Source: Bacteroidales bacterium (GTDB lineage Bacteria > Bacteroidota > Bacteroidia > Bacteroidales > CAIWKO01). Taken from it: a stretch of 20,000 nucleotides of DNA. The notes under the pieces are model-generated. The model made no database searches, had not been told where the DNA came from, and saw nothing but the letters and a program-made list of their open reading frames with translations. This document shows, one piece after another, positions 6,949 to 17,011 of this stretch. The first letter of the stretch is position 1; each line of letters opens with the position of its first letter. A program made the position numbers and the translations under genes. The stretch spans positions 52,183 through 72,182 of the forward strand of contig DAOORA010000018.1 in assembly GCA_035389045.1 (NCBI GenBank), written 5' to 3'.

Positions 6949-8406
6949 ATGCAGCAACCCTTAAACAAAATATTGGTCAACACCGGATATACTGCGATCT
7001 TCGGAGATACGGACAAAGATATTTCTTCGGTGAGTTTCAGCTCGAAGCAATGTGAAAAAAACGGTTTGTTTGTCGCCGTGAAAGGCGTTAATGCCGACGG
7101 ACACCGGTTTATCGATGATGCGTTAACAAACGGTGCGGCCACAGTAGTTTGCGAAAACCTGCCTGAAAAGAGAAGTGCTGATATAACTTATGTTAAAGTA
7201 CCTGACAGCAGTTCCGCCCTCGCGATAATTTGCGACAATTTTTTTGATCATCCTTCGTCGAAATTAAAATTGGTGGGAGTTACCGGTACCAACGGAAAAA
7301 CTACCATTGCCACATTGCTTTACCGGACCTTCATGCAGCTCGGATACAAAACAGGGCTTCTCTCTACCATTTGTTACCGGGTGCACGACAAAGAATTTCC
7401 GGCAACCCATACCACTCCTGATCCTTTTGCTATAAACAAACTTTTGGCTGAAATGGTCGCATCGGGTTGTGAATATTGTTTTATGGAAGTAAGTTCTCAC
7501 GCTGTGGTGCAGCAAAGAATAGCAGGGCTGAGCTTTACCGGCGGCATATTTACAAATATTACCCACGACCATCTGGATTATCATAAAACTTTTGAAAATT
7601 ACATAGAAGCCAAAAAGTCTTTTTTCGATCAGCTGCCCGTAAGTGCATTTGCGCTCACCAACATGGATGACCGTAATGGCCTGGTGATGACACAGAATAC
7701 AAAAGCAAAAGGATATACCTATGGACTGAAACAACTGGCGGATTTCAAAACACGGGTGATCGAAAACCGCATCGACGGAATGCAGCTGAACATGGACGGA
7801 ACGGAGCTTTGGTGCAAGCTGGTAGGGGTGTTCAATGCATACAATATAACAGCCATTTATGCTGCCGCTATGTTGCTCGGACAGGACAAAACCCAGGTGA
7901 TGGCCATCCTCAGCGGGCTTGATGCCGCTGAAGGCCGGTTTGAAAGTATTAAAGATAATGATAATATTGTGGCTATCATTGATTATGCGCATACACCCGA
8001 CGCTTTAAAAAATGTGTTGGCCACCATCAATAACATCCGTCAGGGCAGCGGAAAAATCATTACCGTGGTGGGCGCAGGCGGCGACCGCGACAGGACCAAA
8101 CGTCCCGAAATGGGCAAAATTGCGGCATCGTTAAGCCAGAAGCTTATACTTACATCCGACAATCCCCGCTCGGAAGATCCGCAGGCCATCATCGATGAAA
8201 TCATGGCAGGAGTCGATATTATTGACAAGAAAAAAACACTGGTGATCACTGACAGGCGTGAAGCAATAAAGGCAGCGTACGCCTTTGCTCAACCCGGCGA
8301 TATCATACTCATTGCCGGAAAAGGCCATGAAAAATACCAGGAGATAAAAGGAATAAAACATCCTTTTGATGATAAAAAAATTATTAAAGATATAATGGGT
8401 ATATAA
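6949..8406 (+). CDS. murE: UDP-N-acetylmuramoyl-L-alanyl-D-glutamate--2,6-diaminopimelate ligase
   Basis: [40 protein letters not shown] and AGKGHE. The DNPR motif indicates meso-DAP specificity. Confidence 0.97.
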   Translation: MQQPLNKILVNTGYTAIFGDTDKDISSVSFSSKQCEKNGLFVAVKGVNADGHRFIDDALTNGAATVVCENLPEKRSADITYVKVPDSSSALAIICDNFFDHPSSKLKLVGVTGTNGKTTIATLLYRTFMQLGYKTGLLSTICYRVHDKEFPATHTTPDPFAINKLLAEMVASGCEYCFMEVSSHAVVQQRIAGLSFTGGIFTNITHDHLDYHKTFENYIEAKKSFFDQLPVSAFALTNMDDRNGLVMTQNTKAKGYTYGLKQLADFKTRVIENRIDGMQLNMDGTELWCKLVGVFNAYNITAIYAAAMLLGQDKTQVMAILSGLDAAEGRFESIKDNDNIVAIIDYAHTPDALKNVLATINNIRQGSGKIITVVGAGGDRDRTKRPEMGKIAASLSQKLILTSDNPRSEDPQAIIDEIMAGVDIIDKKKTLVITDRREAIKAAYAFAQPGDIILIAGKGHEKYQEIKGIKHPFDDKKIIKDIMGI

Positions 8407-8407
8407 C

Positions 8408-9667
8408 ATGTTTTATTATTTATTTGATTATCTTGATAAGCAATTTAACTTCCCCGGCGCCGGAGTGTTTCAATACATCTCTTTCAGGGCAGCCATGTCG
8501 GTGATCACCTCACTGTTCATCTCGCTGATCATTGGCAAAAAGATCATTAAATACCTGCAGAAAAAACAGGTCGGCGAAACCGTCCGGGATCTCGGCCTGC
8601 AGGGACAGATCGAAAAACAGGGCACGCCGACCATGGGGGGCGTGATTATTCTTTGCGCTATTCTGATCCCCACCCTTTTGTTTGCAAAGCTTCATAATGT
8701 TTACATCATATTGATGCTGATCACGACCCTCTGGTTGGGCGCCATTGGTTTTATTGATGATTATATCAAGGTATTCAAAAAAAATAAAAAAGGTCTCGCC
8801 GGAAAATTCAAAATCCTCGGGCAGATAGGCCTCGGACTGATTGTCGGGCTAACCATGTATTTTAATGATTCCGTGGTCATCAGGGAAAAAGTAGGAACGC
8901 CGCAAAAAAATATTGTAACCACCGACAGCCTTTTCAAGGTCGAGAATTTCAGCGGTTCCGCCAGGGCTTTTTCCGAAGATCCGGTCAAATCTACCAAGAC
9001 CACCATTCCCTTTGTGAAAAATAATGAATTCGATTACTCCATCCTGCTGGCCTGGCTGGGTGACGGTTATAAGAATTGGGCATTTCTGATATTTATTCCG
9101 ATCATCATATTTATTATCGTAGCCGTGTCGAACGGGGCAAACCTTACCGATGGACTCGATGGTCTGGCCACCGGCACTTCTGCAATTATCGGAGTGACCC
9201 TGGCCGTACTTGCTTATGTGTCGGGCAGCACGGTATTTGCCAACTACCTGAATATTATGTATATACCCTATACCGGTGAATTGGTAATATTTATAAGTGC
9301 GTTTGTGGGAGCGTGTATAGCATTTTTGTGGTACAACTCTTATCCGGCTCAGATATTTATGGGAGATACCGGCAGCCTGGCTTTAGGGGGTATTATAGCC
9401 GTCTTTGCTGTCATTATCAGGAAAGAACTGCTGATACCCTTGTTTTGCGGGATATTTCTTATACAGAGTATTTCGGTAATAGTACAGGTGGGCTATTTTA
9501 AATACACCAAAAGAAGATTTGGTGCAGGCAGAAGGATTTTCCTGATGTCGCCGTTGCATCACCATTATCAGAAAGCCGGTTATCACGAGGCGAAAATAGT
9601 TATGAGGTTTTTTATTGTCGGAATAATGCTGGCTATTCTGACCATAGTTACATTGAAAATCCGATAG
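8408..9667 (+). CDS. mraY: Phospho-N-acetylmuramoyl-pentapeptide transferase
   Basis: [40 protein letters not shown] and PLHHHY motifs in a multi-TM protein. Confidence 0.98.
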   Translation: MFYYLFDYLDKQFNFPGAGVFQYISFRAAMSVITSLFISLIIGKKIIKYLQKKQVGETVRDLGLQGQIEKQGTPTMGGVIILCAILIPTLLFAKLHNVYIILMLITTLWLGAIGFIDDYIKVFKKNKKGLAGKFKILGQIGLGLIVGLTMYFNDSVVIREKVGTPQKNIVTTDSLFKVENFSGSARAFSEDPVKSTKTTIPFVKNNEFDYSILLAWLGDGYKNWAFLIFIPIIIFIIVAVSNGANLTDGLDGLATGTSAIIGVTLAVLAYVSGSTVFANYLNIMYIPYTGELVIFISAFVGACIAFLWYNSYPAQIFMGDTGSLALGGIIAVFAVIIRKELLIPLFCGIFLIQSISVIVQVGYFKYTKRRFGAGRRIFLMSPLHHHYQKAGYHEAKIVMRFFIVGIMLAILTIVTLKIR

Positions 9668-9682
9668 AAATGAAAAAATAAT

Positions 9683-11023
9683 ATGAAACCCCGGATCGTC
9701 ATACTTGGTGGTGCCGAAAGCGGCATAGGAGCTGCGATACTGGCAAAAAAACACAATTATGATGTTTTTGTTTCAGATTCGGGAAACATAAAAAAAGAGT
9801 ATAAAGACGTTCTTTTACATAATGACATACCTTTTGAAGAAGGAAAACACAGCGAAACATTCTTTATCCGTGCCGGTGAGATCATCAAAAGTCCGGGAAT
9901 TTCCGACCATGCGCCGGTTATGGAAAAGATCAGAGCGCATCAGATTCCGGTGATCTCCGAAACAGAATTTGCCGCCAGATATACGGATGCAAAAAAAATA
10001 TGTATCACAGGCAGCAACGGAAAGACGACCACCAGCATGCTTACTTACCACATCCTGAAAAAAGCGGGATTTAATGTAGGACTTGCAGGAAATATCGGAA
10101 AAAGCTTTGCCCGGCAGGTAGCTGAAAATCACTTTGATTACTATGTGCTTGAGATCAGCAGCTTTCAGCTCGACTATATGTTTCGCTTTAAAGCCGATAT
10201 TGCCGTGATCACCAATATTACGCAGGATCATCTCGACAGATACGATCATAAATTTCAGAACTATATTGATTCGAAATTCAGGATAGCGCAAAATCAGTCG
10301 GCTGATGATTTTTTTATTTATTGTGCAGATGACCTTGTGACCAGGGCTGAACTGCGAAAACGCGATATTCCTGCTTCAAAGATTCCTTTTTCCCTTTTGG
10401 AACTTCCGGAGGGCAACGGAGCTTATGTCAAAAACAATGAAATGATTATTAATGTGTTATCAAAAACAATCAATATGGGATTAGAGAATTTTGCTTTACC
10501 AGGACGGCATAACCTGTACAATTCTATGGCTGCAGGGATTGTCAGCCGTGTTTATGGTATTCGAAAAGATATCATCAAAGAAAGCATGTCTGAATTTCAG
10601 GGCGTGGAACACCGGCTGGAATTTGTGACTAAAGTGCATGGCATCGAATTTATCAATGATTCCAAGGCGACCAATGTGAATTCCACCTGGTTTGCTCTTG
10701 AAAGTATGAAACGGCCTGTGATATGGATTGTCGGGGGGTTAGACAAGGGAAACGATTATTCTGCCCTGAAACCGCTTGTTAAGGAAAAAGTAAAAGCCAT
10801 TGTCTGCCTGGGCACCGAAAACACCAAGATCATAGAAGAATTCGAATCGCTTGTTCCTGTTATCAGGCAAACCACTTCGGCTGAAGAAGCGGTGAAAATA
10901 TCGTACGACCTGGGCATACAGGGTGACGTAGTCCTGCTTTCGCCGGCTTGTGCCAGTTTTGACCTGTTTAATAATTATGAAGACCGGGGAATGCAATTTA
11001 AAAGAGCAGTGTACGACTTATAA
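9683..11023 (+). CDS. murD: UDP-N-acetylmuramoyl-L-alanine--D-glutamate ligase
   Basis: ILGGAESG, KSPGI, ITGSNGKTTT, LEISSFQLD, DHLDRY, HRLE, NDSKATN and LLSPACASFD motifs. Confidence 0.98.
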   Translation: MKPRIVILGGAESGIGAAILAKKHNYDVFVSDSGNIKKEYKDVLLHNDIPFEEGKHSETFFIRAGEIIKSPGISDHAPVMEKIRAHQIPVISETEFAARYTDAKKICITGSNGKTTTSMLTYHILKKAGFNVGLAGNIGKSFARQVAENHFDYYVLEISSFQLDYMFRFKADIAVITNITQDHLDRYDHKFQNYIDSKFRIAQNQSADDFFIYCADDLVTRAELRKRDIPASKIPFSLLELPEGNGAYVKNNEMIINVLSKTINMGLENFALPGRHNLYNSMAAGIVSRVYGIRKDIIKESMSEFQGVEHRLEFVTKVHGIEFINDSKATNVNSTWFALESMKRPVIWIVGGLDKGNDYSALKPLVKEKVKAIVCLGTENTKIIEEFESLVPVIRQTTSAEEAVKISYDLGIQGDVVLLSPACASFDLFNNYEDRGMQFKRAVYDL

Positions 11024-11033
11024 AATATTACCA

Positions 11034-12245
11034 ATGAAAAAGTTTTTTGCAAATTTCAAGGGAGACAAAGTGATCTGGGCGGTAGTCCTGATTTTACTTA
11101 TTTTTTCCATACTTGCGGTATACAGCTCCACAGGAACCCTTGCATACCGGAGTAAGAAGATCGCAGGCAACACGGAATTTTTCCTTATGAAACATCTTTT
11201 TATCTTAGTAATGGGCGTCGCCCTGATGTTTGTCTTCCACACAATAAACTATCACCGTTTTTCAAAACTCTCGCAGCTGGCCATTTTCGCTGCCATTGTA
11301 CTGTTGCCCATAACATTGTTTACCGGCAGCTCGGTCAATGAAGCTTCGCGCTGGCTGACACTTCCGTTGATAGATCTCAGGTTTCAGACATCGGATCTGG
11401 CAAAACTGGCGCTGATAATGTATCTGGCCAGGCAAATTTCCAAAAGACAGGAAAATATCAAAGATTTTAAAAAAGGCTTCCTTCCTGTTATAATACCCAT
11501 AATCCTGGTTTGTGTGTTCATCCTTCCTGCAAATTTATCCACAGCGGCCATCTTGTTTATGACCTGTGTGGTAATTATGATTGTCGGCAGGGTGCCGGCC
11601 AAATATATCCTGAGCCTTTTCGTAATTATGCTGCTTGCTGGTGGACTTTTAGTTCTGATATTGAAAAATTCACCCTGGGAAAGCCGTTGGGATACATGGA
11701 AAAACAGAATTGAAACGTATTTTGGCGATGACTCCAAACAAGATCCTGCTGATGTATACCAGGTAACTCAATCGAAAATTGCTGTGGCCTCCGGAGGCCT
11801 TTTCGGAAAATTTCCGGGAAACAGCACCCAGCGAAACATGTTACCACAAGCCTATTGCGATTTTATTTACGCTATCATCCTTGAAGAATATGGATTTATT
11901 GGCGGAGTGTTTATATTGCTTCTCTATATGATTTTACTATACAGAGGGATACGGATAGCAACACGATGTGACAAGATTTTCGGGACACTGCTTGGGCTGG
12001 GGATAATCTTTGCCCTGGTTTTTCAGGCAGTGATCAATATGGGCATCGTGGTCGATCTGCTGCCAAACACAGGACAACCCCTGCCCATGATCAGCATGGG
12101 CGGTACATCAATTTGGTTTACCAGCATCGGTATAGGGATTCTTTTGAGTATTAGCCGTGCAAATGAAAATGCTGAAAAACAGAAAACACAAGACCAGGAA
12201 AACAACGAATTAACAACACAAACAGCAGATGCAGTCAGCGAATAA
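11034..12245 (+). CDS. ftsW: SEDS-family peptidoglycan glycosyltransferase FtsW
   Basis: Multi-TM protein with ASRW, FQTSDLAKL, YQVTQS, LPQAYCDFIYAI and PNTGQPLPMISMGGTS. Start reassigned to ATG 11034, after the murD stop. Confidence 0.95.
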   Translation: MKKFFANFKGDKVIWAVVLILLIFSILAVYSSTGTLAYRSKKIAGNTEFFLMKHLFILVMGVALMFVFHTINYHRFSKLSQLAIFAAIVLLPITLFTGSSVNEASRWLTLPLIDLRFQTSDLAKLALIMYLARQISKRQENIKDFKKGFLPVIIPIILVCVFILPANLSTAAILFMTCVVIMIVGRVPAKYILSLFVIMLLAGGLLVLILKNSPWESRWDTWKNRIETYFGDDSKQDPADVYQVTQSKIAVASGGLFGKFPGNSTQRNMLPQAYCDFIYAIILEEYGFIGGVFILLLYMILLYRGIRIATRCDKIFGTLLGLGIIFALVFQAVINMGIVVDLLPNTGQPLPMISMGGTSIWFTSIGIGILLSISRANENAEKQKTQDQENNELTTQTADAVSE

Positions 12246-13335
12246 AAAATTCATCATAAGTGGCGGAGGTACAGGCGGGCATGTGTTTCCGGCCATTGCT
12301 ATAGCAAATTCCATAAAAAAGAAATGCCCTGCGGCAGAAATTCTTTTTGTCGGGGCAACAGGGCGCATGGAAATGGAAAAAGTGCCGGAGGCGGGATACA
12401 GTATCGTCGGGCTTAACATCAGCGGCATCCAGCGACGTCTTACACTACAGAATATTTTCATCATTTTTAAGCTTATTTCAAGTCTGCAAAAAGCCAAAAA
12501 GATCATACGGCAGTTTAAGCCCGACGTTGTTATTGGTGTCGGCGGGTATGCCAGCGGGCCGATATTACGCATCGCCGCATCCCGCAAAATACCGACCCTG
12601 ATCCAGGAACAGAACTCCTATCCCGGCATCACAAACAAAATTCTGTCAAAAAAGGCAGATAAAATCTGCGTAGCCTATGAAGGAATGGAGAAGTTCTTTC
12701 CGAAAGAAAAAATTATACTTACAGGAAACCCTGTAAGGCAGGATATCAGCGATTTGTCCGGAAAAAAAGATCTTGCCGCAGCAATGTTTAACCTCCACAA
12801 ATCAAAAAAAACCCTGCTTGTCATCGGCGGAAGCCTGGGCGCACGTACCATCAATCAATCATTACTTGAAAAGCTGGAACTACTGGCTCAAAACAATATT
12901 CAACTGATCTGGCAGACGGGGAAAACTTTTTATGAAACAGCCCGGACGGCTTGTACAGGATATAAGGACCATGGAATTAATGTTTATGCCTTTATTTCAA
13001 AAATGGATTATGCTTATGCTGCTGCCGATGTGGTCGTGTCAAGAGCAGGGGCTATCGCCATTTCCGAGATATGCCTCACCGGGAAACCTGCCATACTTGT
13101 ACCCTCACCCAATGTTGCCGAAGACCACCAGACAAAAAACGCACAGGCGCTGGCAGATCATTCCGCGGCAATCCTGATCAAAGATACAGAAGCACAGCAA
13201 ATACTTGCACAAAAAGCAATTGAACTGGTCAATGACAGCCGGATGTGCGAAAAACTCAGTGCTAATATTACACGCTTTGCACATAACGATGCGGCTGACC
13301 GCATAGCAGAAATTATTTTAGCAATGGTAAAATAA
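12229..13335 (+). CDS. murG: Undecaprenyl-PP-MurNAc-pentapeptide N-acetylglucosamine transferase
   Basis: SGGGTGGHVFPA, GVGGYAS, QEQN, TGNPVR, GGSLGA, SRAGA and HQTKNA motifs. Confidence 0.98.
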   Translation: MQSANKKFIISGGGTGGHVFPAIAIANSIKKKCPAAEILFVGATGRMEMEKVPEAGYSIVGLNISGIQRRLTLQNIFIIFKLISSLQKAKKIIRQFKPDVVIGVGGYASGPILRIAASRKIPTLIQEQNSYPGITNKILSKKADKICVAYEGMEKFFPKEKIILTGNPVRQDISDLSGKKDLAAAMFNLHKSKKTLLVIGGSLGARTINQSLLEKLELLAQNNIQLIWQTGKTFYETARTACTGYKDHGINVYAFISKMDYAYAAADVVVSRAGAIAISEICLTGKPAILVPSPNVAEDHQTKNAQALADHSAAILIKDTEAQQILAQKAIELVNDSRMCEKLSANITRFAHNDAADRIAEIILAMVK

Positions 13336-13340
13336 CAGCT

Positions 13341-14699
13341 ATGTCAGAGGAAACAACTAAAACATATTATTTTCTGGGGATTGGCGGTATCGGTATGAGT
13401 GCGCTGGCGAGGTATTTTAAAAAACAAGGGTGTGACGTGAGCGGTTATGATAAAACTCCAAGCCGCCTTACACAACAGCTTATTGATGAAGACATCGCAG
13501 TACATTTTGAAGAGGACATCTCAAAGGTCCCTGCTGATCCCGACCTCGTCGTATATACGCCTGCCATACCACAGGAACATGCGGAATATCAGTTTATACT
13601 AAAAAACAATATTCCCCTGAAAAAAAGAGCTGAAATCCTCGGAGAACTCTCGCGTAACAAGATTTCTGTCGCTATTGCGGGAACCCACGGAAAAACCACC
13701 ATTACAGGAATGGTGGCACACACGTTAAAACTGGCGGGGGTGCCCGTTAATGCCTTTGTTGGCGGTATCATCAAAAATTATCAATCCAATCTGATTACCT
13801 CCGAAAATGCAGGTGTTGTGGTTACCGAAGCCGATGAATATGACCGATCCTTTTTATGGCTGGATCCTGATATTGCTGTCATTTCGGCCATGGATGCCGA
13901 TCACCTCGACATTTATTCCAATACACAAAATCTGATAGCATCCTTTCATGCGTTTGCAAAAAAAATTAAATCCGGCGGGAACCTGATCATGAAAAAAGGC
14001 CTGCCCGATCCGGAAATAAATGATATCCATACATTTCATTATGACAAAGCGGATGCTGCTGATTTTTATGCAAAAGATGTTGAAATAAAAAACGGAAAGT
14101 ATCATGTGACTCTGTGTCTGCAGGATGCAGAAATCCGGCTGGTTCTTAATATTCCCGGCAGGCATAACATCGAAAACGCAGTGGCTGCCGCAGCGGTTTG
14201 CAGTCTTTACGGACTGAAAACAGAAGAAATAAAATCAGGACTTGAAACCTATGAGGGCATCTGCAGGCGTTTTGATGTGAGATATCAGCAGGGCAACATC
14301 ACGTATATTGATGATTATGCCCATCATCCGGAGGAACTCAGGGCTTTTATCGGCGCGGTAAGGGAATTGTATCCCGGAAAAAAAATCTCGGGAATCTTTC
14401 AGCCACATCTTTATTCCAGAACCTTGCATTTTGCGGCAGCTTTTGCTGAAGTACTTGACCACCTTGACGAAGCTCTTTTGCTCGATATATATCCTGCACG
14501 TGAGCTACCGGTAGAGGGCGTTACATCCTGTATTATTCTTGAAAAAATGAAAATTGCCGAAAAAAAAATAGTGTCAAAAGAATCGCTATTGCCCGAACTC
14601 CGGAATCACAAAACAGAGGTGCTGCTTACTATGGGTGCCGGCGATATTGATCAACTCATTGATCCTATTATAAATGTGCTGAAAGAAAAAATAAGATGA
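13341..14699 (+). CDS. murC: UDP-N-acetylmuramate--L-alanine ligase
   Basis: GIGGIGMSALA, AGTHGKTT, EADEYDRSF, DHLD, RRF, DDYAHHP, FQPHLYSRT and MGAGDI motifs. Confidence 0.98.
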   Translation: MSEETTKTYYFLGIGGIGMSALARYFKKQGCDVSGYDKTPSRLTQQLIDEDIAVHFEEDISKVPADPDLVVYTPAIPQEHAEYQFILKNNIPLKKRAEILGELSRNKISVAIAGTHGKTTITGMVAHTLKLAGVPVNAFVGGIIKNYQSNLITSENAGVVVTEADEYDRSFLWLDPDIAVISAMDADHLDIYSNTQNLIASFHAFAKKIKSGGNLIMKKGLPDPEINDIHTFHYDKADAADFYAKDVEIKNGKYHVTLCLQDAEIRLVLNIPGRHNIENAVAAAAVCSLYGLKTEEIKSGLETYEGICRRFDVRYQQGNITYIDDYAHHPEELRAFIGAVRELYPGKKISGIFQPHLYSRTLHFAAAFAEVLDHLDEALLLDIYPARELPVEGVTSCIILEKMKIAEKKIVSKESLLPELRNHKTEVLLTMGAGDIDQLIDPIINVLKEKIR

Positions 14700-15517
14700 A
14701 AAAAAGGTTCATTAAATTCATTATCTGGGTGGTTTCCATAACGCTGTTTCTGGTTCTGACAGCCATTGTCATAAGCAAATATAACAGAAACAGGTGCAGG
14801 GGCGTTGAGATCACCATACATGCTCCGGATGACGGGGCTTTTCTGACAAAGGCCGATGTCATGACCTATATCAACGAGTCCGGTGATTCCCTGGAAAATA
14901 ATGAATTGTCAAAGATCAATATTGAAAAGCTGGAAGAGATCATCAGCAAAAAGCCTTATATCCAAAGCTCCAAAGTGTACATGTCCATAAGCGGGATATT
15001 AAAGATCGATATTGTTCAGCGGACCCCGATAGCAAGAATACAACCGGATATGCGTATCGCAGGGATAGACGGCATTAATTACAGCCCCTATTATATCAGT
15101 GATGATGGAAAGCTTATGCCATTGACGCCGGGCAAAACAGCAAGAATGATCTTTGTGAATGGTTATATCCGAAATCTATATAATGACTTCGTCAGGCTGG
15201 ATGTTGATTCCGCAACAGCAGCACGAGACACAACGGGTCTGTTCACAACCCTCTATAATATTTATGATGTGGCACGTTTTATCCATCGGGATGATTTTCT
15301 GAGAGCACAGATACAGCAGATATATGTTGATGAAAACGGCGACCTGATGCTGATACCTGAAGTGGGAAACCATATTGTAATTTTTGGCGACAGGAATAAT
15401 ATTGGGGATAAATTTGGGAAACTTAAACTTTTCTACGAAAAAGCAGCCTTTATCAAGGGCTGGGACAAGTATGACACCATAAACATTAAATATAAAAATC
15501 AAATCATATGTTCATAA
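14696..15517 (+). CDS. ftsQ: Cell division protein FtsQ/DivIB
   Basis: N-terminal TM, POTRA-like segment ending QRTPIARI, and C-terminal FG..KFGKLKLFY..YDTINIKYKNQII. Lies between murC and ftsA with an ATGA overlap. Confidence 0.88.
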   Translation: MKKRFIKFIIWVVSITLFLVLTAIVISKYNRNRCRGVEITIHAPDDGAFLTKADVMTYINESGDSLENNELSKINIEKLEEIISKKPYIQSSKVYMSISGILKIDIVQRTPIARIQPDMRIAGIDGINYSPYYISDDGKLMPLTPGKTARMIFVNGYIRNLYNDFVRLDVDSATAARDTTGLFTTLYNIYDVARFIHRDDFLRAQIQQIYVDENGDLMLIPEVGNHIVIFGDRNNIGDKFGKLKLFYEKAAFIKGWDKYDTINIKYKNQIICS

Positions 15518-15537
15518 ATAGTTAAAAAATCAAAAAT

Positions 15538-16818
15538 ATGGAATCATCAGAAATTATTGTTGGCCTTGATATAGGCACCACAAAAATTGCGGCGATAGTG
15601 GGCCGCAAAAGCCAGTTCGGGAAAATTGAAATACTGGGGCATGGTACTGCCGAATCCATCGGTGTGAAACGCGGCGTAGTCATAAATATCGACAATACGA
15701 TAGAATCAATAAAAGCGGCGGTCAGGGAAGCCGAAACCACCTCAGGTGTAAATATAAAATGTGTTAATGTGGGGATTGCCGGTCAGCATATCAAGAGCAT
15801 ACAGCATCGCGGCAGCATCATCCGTAATTCCTCTGACTCGGTGATAACCCAGGAAGACATCAACCGCCTGATTGATGACATGTACCGACTGGTTATGCAG
15901 CCCGGAGAAGAAATTGTTCACGTGATACCCCAGGAATACATCGTGGATAAAGAAACAGGGATTAAAAAACCTATCGGGATGGCCGGTGTGAGCCTGGAAG
16001 CGAATTTTCATATTATCACCGGACTGGTCACTGCTGTGCGCAATATCTACCGTTGTGTAGATAAGGCCGGCCTCGAAATTGTCGACCAGGTCCTTGAACC
16101 CCTGGCATCGGCCGATGCGGTGCTGATAGATGATGAGAAAGAAGCCGGCGTGGTACTGGTCGATATTGGCGGCGGCACTACTGACATTGCTATTTTCCAG
16201 GATGACATCATAAGGCATACGGCGGTGATACCATTGGGAGGCGACATTGTCACCGAAGACATCAGGGAAGGGTGTACCATCATAAAAAAACATGCTGAAA
16301 AACTCAAGGTAAACTACGGTTCAGCACTGGCAAAAGAAAGCCGTTCCGATGAGTTTGTGTCTATCCCGGGATTACATGGCCGCCCACCGCGTGAGATCAG
16401 CCTGCGTAACCTGGCCGGAATTATCCAGGCCCGTATGGAAGAAATACTCGAATATGTTTACAATGAAATCAGATCCTCCGGCTTTGAAAGAAAACTGATA
16501 GCCGGTATCGTGCTGACAGGCGGCGGCGCCCAACTGAAAAATATTGTTCAGCTGACCGAATTTATTACCGGTATGGATGCAAGGATCGGCTATCCCAACC
16601 AGTATCTCGCCGATAATGTTCCTGAAGCTATGGCCTTACCCATGTATGCCACAGGTGTCGGACTGGTGATCAAAGGCCTCGAGAAACAGAAAAAAGTTAC
16701 CGATACGCCTACGGTTAAAGAAGAACCCATTCAGACGCATTCGGGTAAAACAAAAGGAAGTTTTTTCGATTCGTTGTTCAAAAAAGGCAGGCAGTTCTTT
16801 GACGATGATGTAAATTAG
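15538..16818 (+). CDS. ftsA: Cell division protein FtsA
   Basis: GLDIGTTK, VDIGGGTTD, IIQARMEEI and VLTGGGAQL motifs, plus a C-terminal amphipathic helix (SFFDSLFKKGRQFF). Confidence 0.98.
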   Translation: MESSEIIVGLDIGTTKIAAIVGRKSQFGKIEILGHGTAESIGVKRGVVINIDNTIESIKAAVREAETTSGVNIKCVNVGIAGQHIKSIQHRGSIIRNSSDSVITQEDINRLIDDMYRLVMQPGEEIVHVIPQEYIVDKETGIKKPIGMAGVSLEANFHIITGLVTAVRNIYRCVDKAGLEIVDQVLEPLASADAVLIDDEKEAGVVLVDIGGGTTDIAIFQDDIIRHTAVIPLGGDIVTEDIREGCTIIKKHAEKLKVNYGSALAKESRSDEFVSIPGLHGRPPREISLRNLAGIIQARMEEILEYVYNEIRSSGFERKLIAGIVLTGGGAQLKNIVQLTEFITGMDARIGYPNQYLADNVPEAMALPMYATGVGLVIKGLEKQKKVTDTPTVKEEPIQTHSGKTKGSFFDSLFKKGRQFFDDDVN

Positions 16819-17011
16819 TATTTGGCAGGCATCCGGGGTTTTCAGGTATTGGTATTCCTGGCCTTTTGATCTCCGGGCTGCCTAAAGTCCCGGATTATCA
16901 GGCAAAAGAACGTTTTTTTAAATTAACAATGTGCAGTTAATAATTATTTTATTTTGTGTTAATGATATTTTAATAATAGATTTATTTTAGTAAGTCCAAT
17001 AATGCAAGCGT

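Noticed and set aside
7264..7992. Long antisense or alternate-frame ORFs (e.g. 7264-7992, 9815-10291, 15742-16293, 17098-17619, 315-758)
   Set aside because: They lie wholly within conserved essential genes and have no recognisable motifs, so they are best explained as shadow ORFs.
8860..9060. Extra hydrophilic loop making MraY 419 aa
   Set aside because: Bacteroidota MraY proteins commonly carry this insertion before the TTIPF.KNNEFDY segment.
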